NCBI GenBank assembly: GCA_017939755.1
Contig: JAGBAJ010000042.1
Span: forward strand, 31,563-95,562
DNA length: 64,000 nucleotides
From: Clostridia bacterium
GTDB taxonomy: Bacteria; Bacillota; Clostridia; TANB77; CAG-508
Direction: 5' to 3'
How positions within the stretch are numbered: the stretch's first letter is position 1; every line of letters starts with the position of its first letter. Under the pieces are notes generated by a model. The model did not search any database, had not been told where the DNA came from, and saw nothing but the letters and a program-made list of their open reading frames with translations. Shown here piece after piece: positions 1-8,755 of this stretch. A program made the position numbers and the translations under genes.

Positions 1-345
1 TTGTGCAACATCTATTTTTCCAACATATCTTTGCAGAAAATATGTTAAATTTTCCATATACAAATCCATTATTTTATCAAAGGCTTCTTTATTTCCACTT
101 AAAAATTCTTGATATAGTAATTTTGTATCTTCCATTTTTCCTCCCTTCTAATAGTTATACAATTCTAATTGCCAAAAGTAACGCTTTTCTATATAATATC
201 TTTTTACCTCGAATTAAATTAGGATAAGAACAAAGCAGGAAAGTCAGCATGACTTTCCTAATGTATAAAAAAGCAGCACCTGGGATAGTCCCAAGTGCTG
301 TAAAATAAAACAAATTAAATCAAAGTCTGCTTAATGTAAATCTCT

Positions 346-1956
346 TTATAATTCGCTTTTGCCATATAAGATCTCATACGAACTACGTGCATCCTCCGCA
401 GCAGTGCGAGCTTCATCAGCTTTTTTCTGTGCTTTAGCTAATTCCTCGTCGGCCTCTTCTGCCTTAGATTCCAGATGCTCAGCCCAAAGCCTTGATACAA
501 CTTCGAATATACGCTGTTTACCATAATCGCTGATGACAATAATATCCTTATTACCTCCACCAGTACCAATGTATCCAATATCAGCTCCTGTATAGAATGC
601 AATGTTACCAAGGTACTCCCAGAGCCCATCGGGAAGTGTATTCTCATTCACGTTGTTGAAATGTTTAATCTGCCAATCAACCTTGAGCTCTTTATAGATG
701 GGCTCGTACTCATCCTGGAAGAATGGCCAGTTGGGTGCAATTTCACCAGTTTCCTTGTGACGATAAGCAATGCAAATTTTGGCCATGCTACCTGGAATCA
801 TCCCTATTGTATCCATACAATTGATAGCAAGTTTGTGATTGGCACCATTCCGAAGGATAGCCTCACGAACACATACGCAATCAAACCAACCAAGAAGTCT
901 TCTTCTGCCAGTGGTAACACCACACTCGCCATTCACGTCATGAATGAAATTGTCTATCTCAAATTCGTAAAGATTGTTTTGGTCAAACTTCGTAACAAAG
1001 TGGCCACCACCAACCTTAGAAGCATAACCTTTGGCAATGAGAATAACTCCCTCTGTCAAATCATTAAGTCCAAGTCCTGCATCTGCCATTGCACCAGCAA
1101 CTGTAGTATGTGTGGATGTAACCATATGACCGCCATTTCCAAAGATAGAATCCAGACCAAAAGCCTGAGAAACCTCCAGTACTACAGCCCAACCATGGAG
1201 TTTGGTGTAACGGATGATTTCTGAGCTATTTACAACATTGAGCTCCTGTACAGCAGTATACAGAGATTGCATATAATTGTCTATGCCATCAAATTCTGTT
1301 GCAATACTGTCCCAAATTTCCTGTGGAACATCTGGAATAGCTATAAAAAGCTCTTTCAATTCATCTGCATTTTTGCAAGCCTTTGCCTGAGCGAAGCGGA
1401 TATCAACTCTAAGAGCTCTATACGCAACCGTAGGACCAACACCAGATCCAGTTGTGCCGACTTTATTTTTTCCGTCTTTTTTTGACTCATAGTATCCATC
1501 CATAAGTCTTTCAAGCATGGTTGAAAGTGTGGCACGCTCATCCACGAGAATTTTCTGACGCTGTTGCGAAGGAAGCACAGACATTTCGTCATGAATCCGG
1601 ATAGGATCCAGAAGCATTCCGCCACCAAGCAGAATTATATCTGATACCAGACCACCGCTAGGAAGGTAGTGAAAATGGTATTCTTCCTCGGTAAGCGTAT
1701 CGATGACAGTATGTCCCGCGTTTCCGCCTCCTTGGCCTCTGACATTAATGACAGAAAAGCCTTTTTCCTTGTAATCGCGAATAGCAATATCCACGATTTT
1801 CCCCTTGCCCTCGTCGCCAAAGTGCGACCCAACAACGGCCACACCAGCGTTATACGCAAGAAAGTTCTTCTTGTTGAGAGCATATGGAAAAGGTTTTCCT
1901 GCTTCTGTCTTTGCTTCATTAATCAAGTCAGAGACATTTGGAATTTTTTCATTCAT
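346..1956 (-). CDS. Adenylosuccinate synthetase family protein, atypically long (536 aa) with N- and C-terminal extensions
   Basis: P-loop 'GDEGKGKIVD', 'GGGNAGHTV' and 'YHFHYLPSGGL' match the PurA fold motifs (GDEGKGK / GGxNAGHT / IPSG). It is ~100 aa longer than canonical PurA and has a charged coiled-coil-like tail ('AEEADEELAKAQKKADEARTAAEDAR'). GGAGG RBS upstream. GC ~43% versus ~27% background. Confidence 0.7.
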   Translation of the reverse strand: MNEKIPNVSDLINEAKTEAGKPFPYALNKKNFLAYNAGVAVVGSHFGDEGKGKIVDIAIRDYKEKGFSVINVRGQGGGNAGHTVIDTLTEEEYHFHYLPSGGLVSDIILLGGGMLLDPIRIHDEMSVLPSQQRQKILVDERATLSTMLERLMDGYYESKKDGKNKVGTTGSGVGPTVAYRALRVDIRFAQAKACKNADELKELFIAIPDVPQEIWDSIATEFDGIDNYMQSLYTAVQELNVVNSSEIIRYTKLHGWAVVLEVSQAFGLDSIFGNGGHMVTSTHTTVAGAMADAGLGLNDLTEGVILIAKGYASKVGGGHFVTKFDQNNLYEFEIDNFIHDVNGECGVTTGRRRLLGWFDCVCVREAILRNGANHKLAINCMDTIGMIPGSMAKICIAYRHKETGEIAPNWPFFQDEYEPIYKELKVDWQIKHFNNVNENTLPDGLWEYLGNIAFYTGADIGYIGTGGGNKDIIVISDYGKQRIFEVVSRLWAEHLESKAEEADEELAKAQKKADEARTAAEDARSSYEILYGKSEL

Positions 1957-2249
1957 TATATTCGACCTCCAATCGAATTATGTTTATGGTCGGGTATTCG
2001 TCAAAAGACTATACGCCTTTTGGGCTTATTCGCATATGCTGCATTTACGCAACATACAGAATAAGTACTTTGACTTTGTTTTTGGTATCAACCTCCAATA
2101 TTTGTTAATTATTTTGTACACGAATTCCATACGGAAATTCATGTAGTATTATATTACCTTTTGGGTGTTATGTCAATTGATTTGCAATATAAAAAGAGAA
2201 TCTATTGTAGAATTTGTTACGATTCACAGATTAATTGCATTTTATATAA

Positions 2250-2403
2250 GATTAGCGATATAGTGTAAATTTATAATATGAAGTTAAGGTGGGGACCAGC
2301 AAATTAGAGAATTTAATTTTTACAAGTGTATAACGCAGTAAAAACGTAAATTCTCTTATGTAGCTGGGGCGTAATATTATAAATTTACACTATATCGCTA
2401 ATC
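2250..2403 (+). ncRNA. Copy 1 of a 154-nt structured repeat element: a perfect 30-bp closing stem around a conserved core (GAAGUUAAGGUGGGGACC...GCUGGGGCG). An additional outer 14-bp inverted repeat spans 2216-2229 / 2424-2437.
   Basis: Inverted repeat 'attagcgatatagtgtaaatttataatat' / 'atattataaatttacactatatcgctaat'. Core is conserved with the copies at 6633-6786 and 49609-49762. Inner helices covary between copies (CCAGC/GCUGG vs CCAAC/GUUGG; agagaattta/taaattctct vs agagaatcta/tagattctct). Confidence 0.45.
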
Positions 2404-2459
2404 TTTATTATTTAATTCTAAAGCTGTGAATCGTAACTAAAACTTAGGTTCTCTATATG

Positions 2460-2798
2460 TTATCTACCAAATAATTTTTTCAATTTTTGTATAATTCTTT
2501 TAAGCCAACTTTCTTTTTTTCCTTCTATAATTAGTCCCTTTTCCATTTGTTTTTTATTTTTTTCATCAGCCCAGTAATCTAAGTATATATTAGATAAAAT
2601 TCCTTTGGTTATATCAGATATATTCTGCTCATTTATATCTTTGCTATAGTCTATAGAAAAATCATACTTGGTGTCCATATTTCTTTCTAATGACAATATT
2701 AGCTCTTTAGGAAGTTTGTTATAATTTTTTATAGACATGTTATTAATTATTGTTAATGCTTCTGTGCAAGCTCTACTATATTCATCATTCATTGCCAT
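2460..2798 (-). CDS. Hypothetical small protein (112 aa), overlapping and apparently translationally coupled to the upstream kinase-like gene
   Basis: ORF of 112 aa that overlaps the 323-aa ORF by 14 nt. No recognisable motifs. Confidence 0.4.
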   Translation of the reverse strand: MAMNDEYSRACTEALTIINNMSIKNYNKLPKELILSLERNMDTKYDFSIDYSKDINEQNISDITKGILSNIYLDYWADEKNKKQMEKGLIIEGKKESWLKRIIQKLKKLFGR

Positions 2799-3756
2799 TA
2801 TCCCCTTCCATCTTTTGATATATTTTGTTTAAATATGATTTAGCATCATTATGACATTGAAAAGAAACTTTATTAGCTATGCTTTCAATGTCCTTTACTG
2901 AGGTTAAAACAGATGTGTCTTGGGGTTGAATTCCATATAATAATTCGTTTTGCTTCGTTATTAATGCCATTTTTCTTCCTATATTATTACAAATTTTATT
3001 AATATCTTGCTCACTTATTGATCTAAAAACTGGCATATTAAGAATTCCATTGATATAATCTCTTGTTAAGTATTTCTGTAGGGATTTTGAAACTTCTTGG
3101 ATAGACTCTGGATATTTTTGGTACATTTCCATCATAATATCTATATCTGACTTACCATCATAATTTGTATCTGAATCACAAAAAGCCATGCTCATGTCGT
3201 AGTACATATCTGGATTACGAACTATCCCGCTCTTTTCATCAAAAATTAGCCTACAATTATCGCTTTTTATATCAGTATTTCCAATAAAAGCTGATATAAA
3301 AATATATTTCTTAAAGAATTCCTTTCTTTGTTGCCAAAATTCGATTGGAATGCTAGGATATAAGGCACTATATGTGTACGCATCTAATTCGATGCTATTG
3401 TCTATTCCAATTGGTAATTGTGGTAATCTAATATCCTGAGAATTAAATGTAGTCGTATTTTCTAAAAATTGCTCACCATCCCTTAGAATATCCATAGATA
3501 AACAGCCAGTTTTTCCGTTATCATCTTGTGTAAGCTGAATATTTGCAGTACGTATTCCTGCCGAGTTAAGTATAAGAGAGCCTAGTAATTCCCTTAAATC
3601 TGTATTTTTACCAGTAAAGCAATTTTTTTTATAAAGTCCCTTCTTTCCCAGCTCTGGAACATAGTATTCTTCTATAATAGAGCCATCGCTTGCTTGTAAG
3701 TTATTTTCACTATTTATTTTCTTACAGTCATGTAAATTAATTCTATTAAAGTTCAT
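2785..3756 (-). CDS. Hypothetical protein, possible HipA-like / protein-kinase-fold protein (candidate toxin)
   Basis: 'IGNTDIKSDNCRLIFDE' resembles the HipA catalytic loop 'GNTDDHLKN' and the Hanks-kinase 'HRDxKxxN' pattern. 'VRNPDMYYD' resembles HipA 'LAPAYD'. The assignment is from a weak motif-level resemblance only. Confidence 0.35.
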   Translation of the reverse strand: MNFNRINLHDCKKINSENNLQASDGSIIEEYYVPELGKKGLYKKNCFTGKNTDLRELLGSLILNSAGIRTANIQLTQDDNGKTGCLSMDILRDGEQFLENTTTFNSQDIRLPQLPIGIDNSIELDAYTYSALYPSIPIEFWQQRKEFFKKYIFISAFIGNTDIKSDNCRLIFDEKSGIVRNPDMYYDMSMAFCDSDTNYDGKSDIDIMMEMYQKYPESIQEVSKSLQKYLTRDYINGILNMPVFRSISEQDINKICNNIGRKMALITKQNELLYGIQPQDTSVLTSVKDIESIANKVSFQCHNDAKSYLNKIYQKMEGDNGNE

Positions 3757-3793
3757 TTATTTCTCCTTTGTATGATTATAAAATGTTTAACCC

Positions 3794-5158
3794 CTAAAAA
3801 TTGGTTTTGTTTAATTTTTCTACTAGTTCCTTGTTATCTTTTGTTGATATTGTTAATTGCATAATTTTATCTGTAAATTCAGTATTTGATGAGTTTTGCA
3901 TTGCTCTTCTTAATCTGTACATTGTTGCTAGCTCTTCTGGCTTTAGCAATAAATCTTCACGTCTTGTTCCAGATTTGTATATATCAATTGCTGGGAATAT
4001 TCTTCTTTCTGCCAAACTTCTGTCTAAATGAACTTCCATGTTACCTGTTCCTTTAAATTCCTCAAAGATAACCTCATCCATTCTACTTCCTGTTTCTACT
4101 AATGATGTTGCAAGTATTGTTAGACTTCCTCCATTTTCTATATTTCTGGCAGCTCCAAAGAATTTTTTTGGTTTATGCAATGCTGCTGGATCAAAACCTC
4201 CAGATAGTGTTCTTCCGGAAGAAGGTATAACTAGGTTGTATGCTCTTGCAAGTCTAGTTATACTATCTAGTAAAATTACAACATCTTTGTTTTGTTCCAC
4301 TAGTCTTTTTCCTCTTTCTAGTACCATTTCGGCAACTTTTACGTGATGCTCTGGTAATTCATCAAATGTAGAATATATAACTTCTCCTTTAATAGATCTT
4401 TTCATATCTGTAACTTCTTCTGGACGCTCGTCAATTAATAAAACAATTAATTCTACCTCTGGATTATTTTCAGATATACTATTTGCAATTTTCTTTAACA
4501 AAGTAGTTTTTCCTACCTTTGGTGGAGCTACTATCATTCCCCTTTGCCCTTTTCCAACAGGACAAATTAAATCAATTATTCTCATAGCATATTCATTAGA
4601 TTTAGTTTCTAGACTTAATTTTTCTGTTGGATATATTGGTGTTAGGTCATCAAATTTTCTTCTTCTGTATGCCTTTTCTGGAGCTTCTCCATTAACTTCT
4701 CCTACATAAATTAAAGCAGGAAACTTTTCACCTTCTTTAGGTTGTCTTGCAATACCTTTTACTTTATCTCCTTTGTCTAATTTAAAACGTCTAATTTGAA
4801 CAGGTGATATGTATACATCTTTTGGTGTAGATAAATAGTTTTCTCCTCTTAAAAAACCATATCCATCTGGTAATACTTCTAAGATTCCTTCTATTATTTG
4901 GTCATCTGCATTTGTTACCTTATATGTTCCACTTGATGGAGCTTCATTATTGTTTTTTTCTGTGTCACTATGCTCTTTACGATCTAATGCATTTGTTGAA
5001 ACAATTGTTTCCTCTGTTGTTTTCTGTAATGTAGCATCATTGTTTTTCTCTGATAGAATTTTAATAAGCTCGTCCTTTTTTAACTTTGAAACATTTTTGA
5101 TACCTTTTTCCTTTGCTAGTTGTCGCAATTCGACTAAAGTACATTTTTCGAAATTCAT
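3794..5158 (-). CDS. rho: Transcription termination factor Rho
   Basis: N-terminal '[28 protein letters not shown]' and '[14 protein letters not shown]' match the Rho N-terminal and RNA-binding domains. Walker A '[22 protein letters not shown]' and the RecA-like ATPase core. Confidence 0.95.
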   Translation of the reverse strand: MNFEKCTLVELRQLAKEKGIKNVSKLKKDELIKILSEKNNDATLQKTTEETIVSTNALDRKEHSDTEKNNNEAPSSGTYKVTNADDQIIEGILEVLPDGYGFLRGENYLSTPKDVYISPVQIRRFKLDKGDKVKGIARQPKEGEKFPALIYVGEVNGEAPEKAYRRRKFDDLTPIYPTEKLSLETKSNEYAMRIIDLICPVGKGQRGMIVAPPKVGKTTLLKKIANSISENNPEVELIVLLIDERPEEVTDMKRSIKGEVIYSTFDELPEHHVKVAEMVLERGKRLVEQNKDVVILLDSITRLARAYNLVIPSSGRTLSGGFDPAALHKPKKFFGAARNIENGGSLTILATSLVETGSRMDEVIFEEFKGTGNMEVHLDRSLAERRIFPAIDIYKSGTRREDLLLKPEELATMYRLRRAMQNSSNTEFTDKIMQLTISTKDNKELVEKLNKTNF

Positions 5159-5402
5159 AAATTTCCCCCTATTAATATTAAATTTTATTTTTTCTTGGAA
5201 TTTTATAAGAAATAATAATTCTTTCAGAATTTAAAGTATAAAACAAAGTGGGCATGATTAATGTTCTCTGACATTTAGGATTACTTTTCATGCCTTGTTT
5301 TGGTTGCCTCACATATATTTTCTGCAACTTATTTAGTTACTCATGGCTAATAGATGTATAATATTTAACGAAGCTTTTTATATACTAGAGACATTTTAGT
5401 CC

Positions 5403-5675
5403 CTAGTTTGTAATATCAATATATACTCTTTCGTTAGGCAAATACATGCCAAGTTTTTCTCTTGCTACGTCTTCAATATACTCTGTTGAATTGATATTAC
5501 TTTTTATATGTTGCAACTTTTCATTTTCTGCTTGTGCTTCAACTATTTGATTTTGATAGTCTTCCGCTTCTCTGTCGTAAGAATCCATTGTTTGTTGTTG
5601 CATTAAACATACATATACAAAATATCCAATAACTGCAATAATTATTAATCGATTTACCTTAAGTTTTTTCTTCAT
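5403..5675 (-). CDS. divIC: Septum formation initiator family protein (DivIC/FtsB-like)
   Basis: Single TM helix followed by a coiled coil, then 'YIEDVAREKLGMYLPNERVY' typical of DivIC/FtsB. GGAG RBS before the MKKKL start. Lies immediately after yabP-yabQ as in other Firmicutes. Confidence 0.75.
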   Translation of the reverse strand: MKKKLKVNRLIIIAVIGYFVYVCLMQQQTMDSYDREAEDYQNQIVEAQAENEKLQHIKSNINSTEYIEDVAREKLGMYLPNERVYIDITN

Positions 5676-5728
5676 ATGTAAAATCTCCAATACAAAATAT
5701 TTTTTTATGGCTATATTATAACACATTA

Positions 5729-6190
5729 TTATTCTTTTTCCAGTATTTTTTTATTATTTGGTAATGTTTTTTGTTTAATTATAACTTTTTTTAGATAATT
5801 AAATAATTTTGTTATTGGAGAAAACATTATTTTAATCCATTTAAATATAAAACTAGTTATATAAGAAACTAACTTTATCATATAATTAGCAATGCAAGAA
5901 GCTAAACTTAATACATATTTACTTAATAGTGTAAAATAGAAAACTACTCCCACAATTAAACCTAAAACCATATATGATCTTATTTCACCATTAGTGTATG
6001 TTATAGCAGATATAATAATAACTATACCAGATAAAATCCAAAATAACACGTCCTGAATGTATGTTATAAAGTTAATGGTTTTAATAGCCCTGCGTTGTGC
6101 TCTAAAAAAATCAAATATTAGTCCAATAATAATACCAGTAATATTAAATACAATTAATACTCGTATTTGATTATATAAAATATCATCCAA
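5729..6190 (-). CDS. yabQ: Spore cortex biosynthesis membrane protein YabQ-like
   Basis: Small polytopic membrane protein positioned between yabP and divIC, matching the conserved yabP-yabQ-divIC operon order. Confidence 0.6.
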   Translation of the reverse strand: MDDILYNQIRVLIVFNITGIIIGLIFDFFRAQRRAIKTINFITYIQDVLFWILSGIVIIISAITYTNGEIRSYMVLGLIVGVVFYFTLLSKYVLSLASCIANYMIKLVSYITSFIFKWIKIMFSPITKLFNYLKKVIIKQKTLPNNKKILEKE

Positions 6191-6204
6191 AATAGAGCAC
6201 TCCT

Positions 6205-6507
6205 TTATTTAAATATTTTACCTAAGAAACCGGTATCCTTTTTATCTATGCTCTTATCACTATAACTCATACTATTAATAGTACCATCCACTATAACTTC
6301 TTCTGAATCAATATTAAGTTTACTAATACGTAAATCTTCTCCCTTAACTGTTAATAAGCCTAAATGTGTTTGAACAATAACAATTTGATCATCAAAACTT
6401 AATACATCCAGAGCCCCTGAGATGTTTAATTTTTCTCTACTTTCAAGTATGAGATTCTGTATAATATTTGATTTTTGAACCTGACTTTTTCTGTCTTCAA
6501 TACCCAT
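6205..6507 (-). CDS. yabP: Sporulation protein YabP
   Basis: 100 aa; 'IVIVQTHLGLLTVKGEDLRISKLN' matches the YabP family; operon context. Confidence 0.8.
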   Translation of the reverse strand: MGIEDRKSQVQKSNIIQNLILESREKLNISGALDVLSFDDQIVIVQTHLGLLTVKGEDLRISKLNIDSEEVIVDGTINSMSYSDKSIDKKDTGFLGKIFK

Positions 6508-6632
6508 AGCTTTTCCATCACTCCTTTGTAAAATATATATTCATATATGTGAGATATATACCAAACATATTCCAAACTACAGATATCTATTTTTATGCAA
6601 ATGTTTGTTTGATGTTAAAATTGCTCTAAACC

Positions 6633-6786
6633 AAATTCGGGGTATAATATAAATTTATAAAGTGAAGTTAAGGTGGGGACCAACAAGTTAGAGAATCTAA
6701 ATTTTACAAGTGTATAACGTAGTAAAAAATAGATTCTCTTATGCAGTTGGGGCGAAACGTATAAATTTATATTATACCCCGAATTT
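6633..6786 (+). ncRNA. Copy 2 of the 154-nt structured repeat element
   Basis: Perfect 27-bp closing stem 'aaattcggggtataatataaatttata' / 'tataaatttatattataccccgaattt' around the conserved core 'gaagttaaggtggggaccaacaag...gcagttggggcg'. Confidence 0.45.
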
Positions 6787-6836
6787 TATTCGAAATATAT
6801 TTAAATGTCAAAATAAGAAACAATTGTTTGTATTAT

Positions 6837-8000
6837 TTATTTTATTAATTCCTTGTGTATTCGCTCTAATACATCATTTCCAACAATAGTATTAAAAGTT
6901 AATCGGATCTTACCATTATTAATATCTATTTTTTGTATTTTAGTATCTTCCGCTTCTAATAAGTTAATTGTACTACCTAGTACATTAGTGTCATTAGTTA
7001 TACCATATCCTATAATAGATATTCTAGATATCTTCTTGCTAGTTATATGATAATCTTTAAATACACTACCTGAAATGTACTCTAATTTTCTATAGTCTCC
7101 AGCCTTTAATAATATACGTATTTCATATATGTTATCTATATACTCAATAGGCATTATTTGATTACTAATAAGCATCTTATAAATATCAATTATATTTGTA
7201 TTGTTATTTTTCATTTGTACTAGCACAAGTTCATCGTTCTTTACAAGGCTCTTAACTTTTTGAACTTCTATTTTGTTATTTACTATAGTACCCTCATCTT
7301 CGTTAAATGTTGATTTAGCCATTATAGGAATATTAAATTTTTTACCTAGCTCTACGCATCTGTTATGAAGCACCTTTGCTCCTTCATTAGATATATCAAG
7401 CATTTCATCGTATGAAAGCTCTTTTAATTTAACCGCTTCTGGAAATTTTCTAGGATCAGTTGTAAATACTCCCTCTACATCAGAATATATATAGCAACAT
7501 TTTGCATTTAGAGCTGCAGCAACCGAAACAGCAGTTGTATCTGAGCCTCCTCTTCCCAGTGTTGTTATATCTAAAGTTTCATTTATACCTTGAAATCCCG
7601 CAATTATAACTATCTTTCCATGCGATAGTTCATTTGTTATTCTAGAGGAATCTATATGCTCAATTATGGCATCTTGATTTGTATTATTTGTATATATACC
7701 GGCCTGCCATCCAGTAAGAGAAACTGCTTTGTATCCCAATTCATTTAGTAGTATACTTAGTTTAGAAATAGATACTTGTTCCCCTGTACTTAGCAATACA
7801 TCTAGTTCCCTATTGCTAGGATTAGGTGATAACATATATGCTTCTTCTAGTAAATGATCTGTACTTTTCCCCTGAGCAGATACTACTACTACCACATCAT
7901 AGTTAGCTTCTTTTAATTTAATAATTTTATCAGCAACTACTTTTAGTTTATCGTTATCTGCTACAGAACTTCCTCCAAATTTTAAAACAATAGTATTCAT
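6837..8000 (-). CDS. Aspartate kinase
   Basis: N-terminal 'IVLKFGGSSVAD' nucleotide-binding motif, 'GRGGSDTTA' and C-terminal ACT-like regulatory region. Co-localises with asd / dapA / dapB elsewhere in the window. Confidence 0.88.
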   Translation of the reverse strand: MNTIVLKFGGSSVADNDKLKVVADKIIKLKEANYDVVVVVSAQGKSTDHLLEEAYMLSPNPSNRELDVLLSTGEQVSISKLSILLNELGYKAVSLTGWQAGIYTNNTNQDAIIEHIDSSRITNELSHGKIVIIAGFQGINETLDITTLGRGGSDTTAVSVAAALNAKCCYIYSDVEGVFTTDPRKFPEAVKLKELSYDEMLDISNEGAKVLHNRCVELGKKFNIPIMAKSTFNEDEGTIVNNKIEVQKVKSLVKNDELVLVQMKNNNTNIIDIYKMLISNQIMPIEYIDNIYEIRILLKAGDYRKLEYISGSVFKDYHITSKKISRISIIGYGITNDTNVLGSTINLLEAEDTKIQKIDINNGKIRLTFNTIVGNDVLERIHKELIK

Positions 8001-8062
8001 TCAATTTCCTCTATAAAAAAATTTAGTCTACAATAAATTGTAGACTATACTATATTATATTA

Positions 8063-8719
8063 TTAAAATAATTTTATGACACCAGTTGAAATCATAGCCC
8101 ATAATATTATAACAATGAATACAAACGTAGCTACATTTTCTATTATTCTTCTTAAAGATTTTCTTTTTTCATATGTAACATATCTATCATTTGATTCTCC
8201 AATTAATTTAAAGTTATTAACAAACTTTTCCGCTTCATCTACGTTAGTACATAGCAAAGGCAATTCAAATTCTCTTAGGAATGAATGTATATCTTCACAT
8301 CTAATTACAAGAACATATGTTTTCATAAGAAATGAAGTTCGTAACGTTCTGCTAACAAAGACATTTTTTATATCATTATATTTTAACTCATACTTTTGAA
8401 AACCTTGTTTTAATATTAACTTATCTTTTTTACAAGTTACTTCATAAGTATTTCCATATATAAATAAACCAACAAATAGTACCAATAATCCAATGCTTAC
8501 TAAAAATACTTTTAATTCGAAAACTGAAATAAGGGCTCCCATAACCACAGTAAATATAGATAAAGCTACTATCCAGTTTTCTTTAAGTGTTTTAAAAGGT
8601 TTTCCTGCTATTTTTACATCAGATTTTTCTATCCCATCTATTTCAATAAATCTACGATCGTAGTTTGATTTACTTAACTCTTTATAATTCATATTAACCT
8701 CCATTTCTTTTAGGCACAA
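8063..8719 (-). CDS. Hypothetical membrane protein
   Basis: 218 aa with several predicted TM helices and no recognisable motif. Confidence 0.4.
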   Translation of the reverse strand: MCLKEMEVNMNYKELSKSNYDRRFIEIDGIEKSDVKIAGKPFKTLKENWIVALSIFTVVMGALISVFELKVFLVSIGLLVLFVGLFIYGNTYEVTCKKDKLILKQGFQKYELKYNDIKNVFVSRTLRTSFLMKTYVLVIRCEDIHSFLREFELPLLCTNVDEAEKFVNNFKLIGESNDRYVTYEKRKSLRRIIENVATFVFIVIILWAMISTGVIKLF

Positions 8720-8755
8720 ATCTTGTGCAAAAGATAATTCCGCTTTTGTTATACA

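Noticed and set aside
438-2146. Multiple ORFs of 65-187 aa (438-647, 661-1224, 1267-1485, 1356-1628, 1635-1919, 1669-2064, 1805-2146) overlapping the PurA-like gene
   Set aside because: All are fully embedded in, or antisense to, a 536-aa ORF with clear enzyme motifs. They have no RBS or motifs, so they are shadow ORFs.
1957-2160. Possible purine riboswitch in the GC-richer leader of the PurA-like gene
   Set aside because: Only a partial 'GCGUAAAUGC' resemblance to the CCGUAAAU segment. The conserved J1-2/J2-3 elements (UAUA...GUUUCUACC) are absent or out of order.
3801-5234. Plus-strand ORFs 3801-4031, 4038-4346 and 4950-5234 opposite rho
   Set aside because: They are antisense to a highly confident rho CDS with Ser/Leu/Phe-rich low-complexity translations typical of AT-rich antisense frames.
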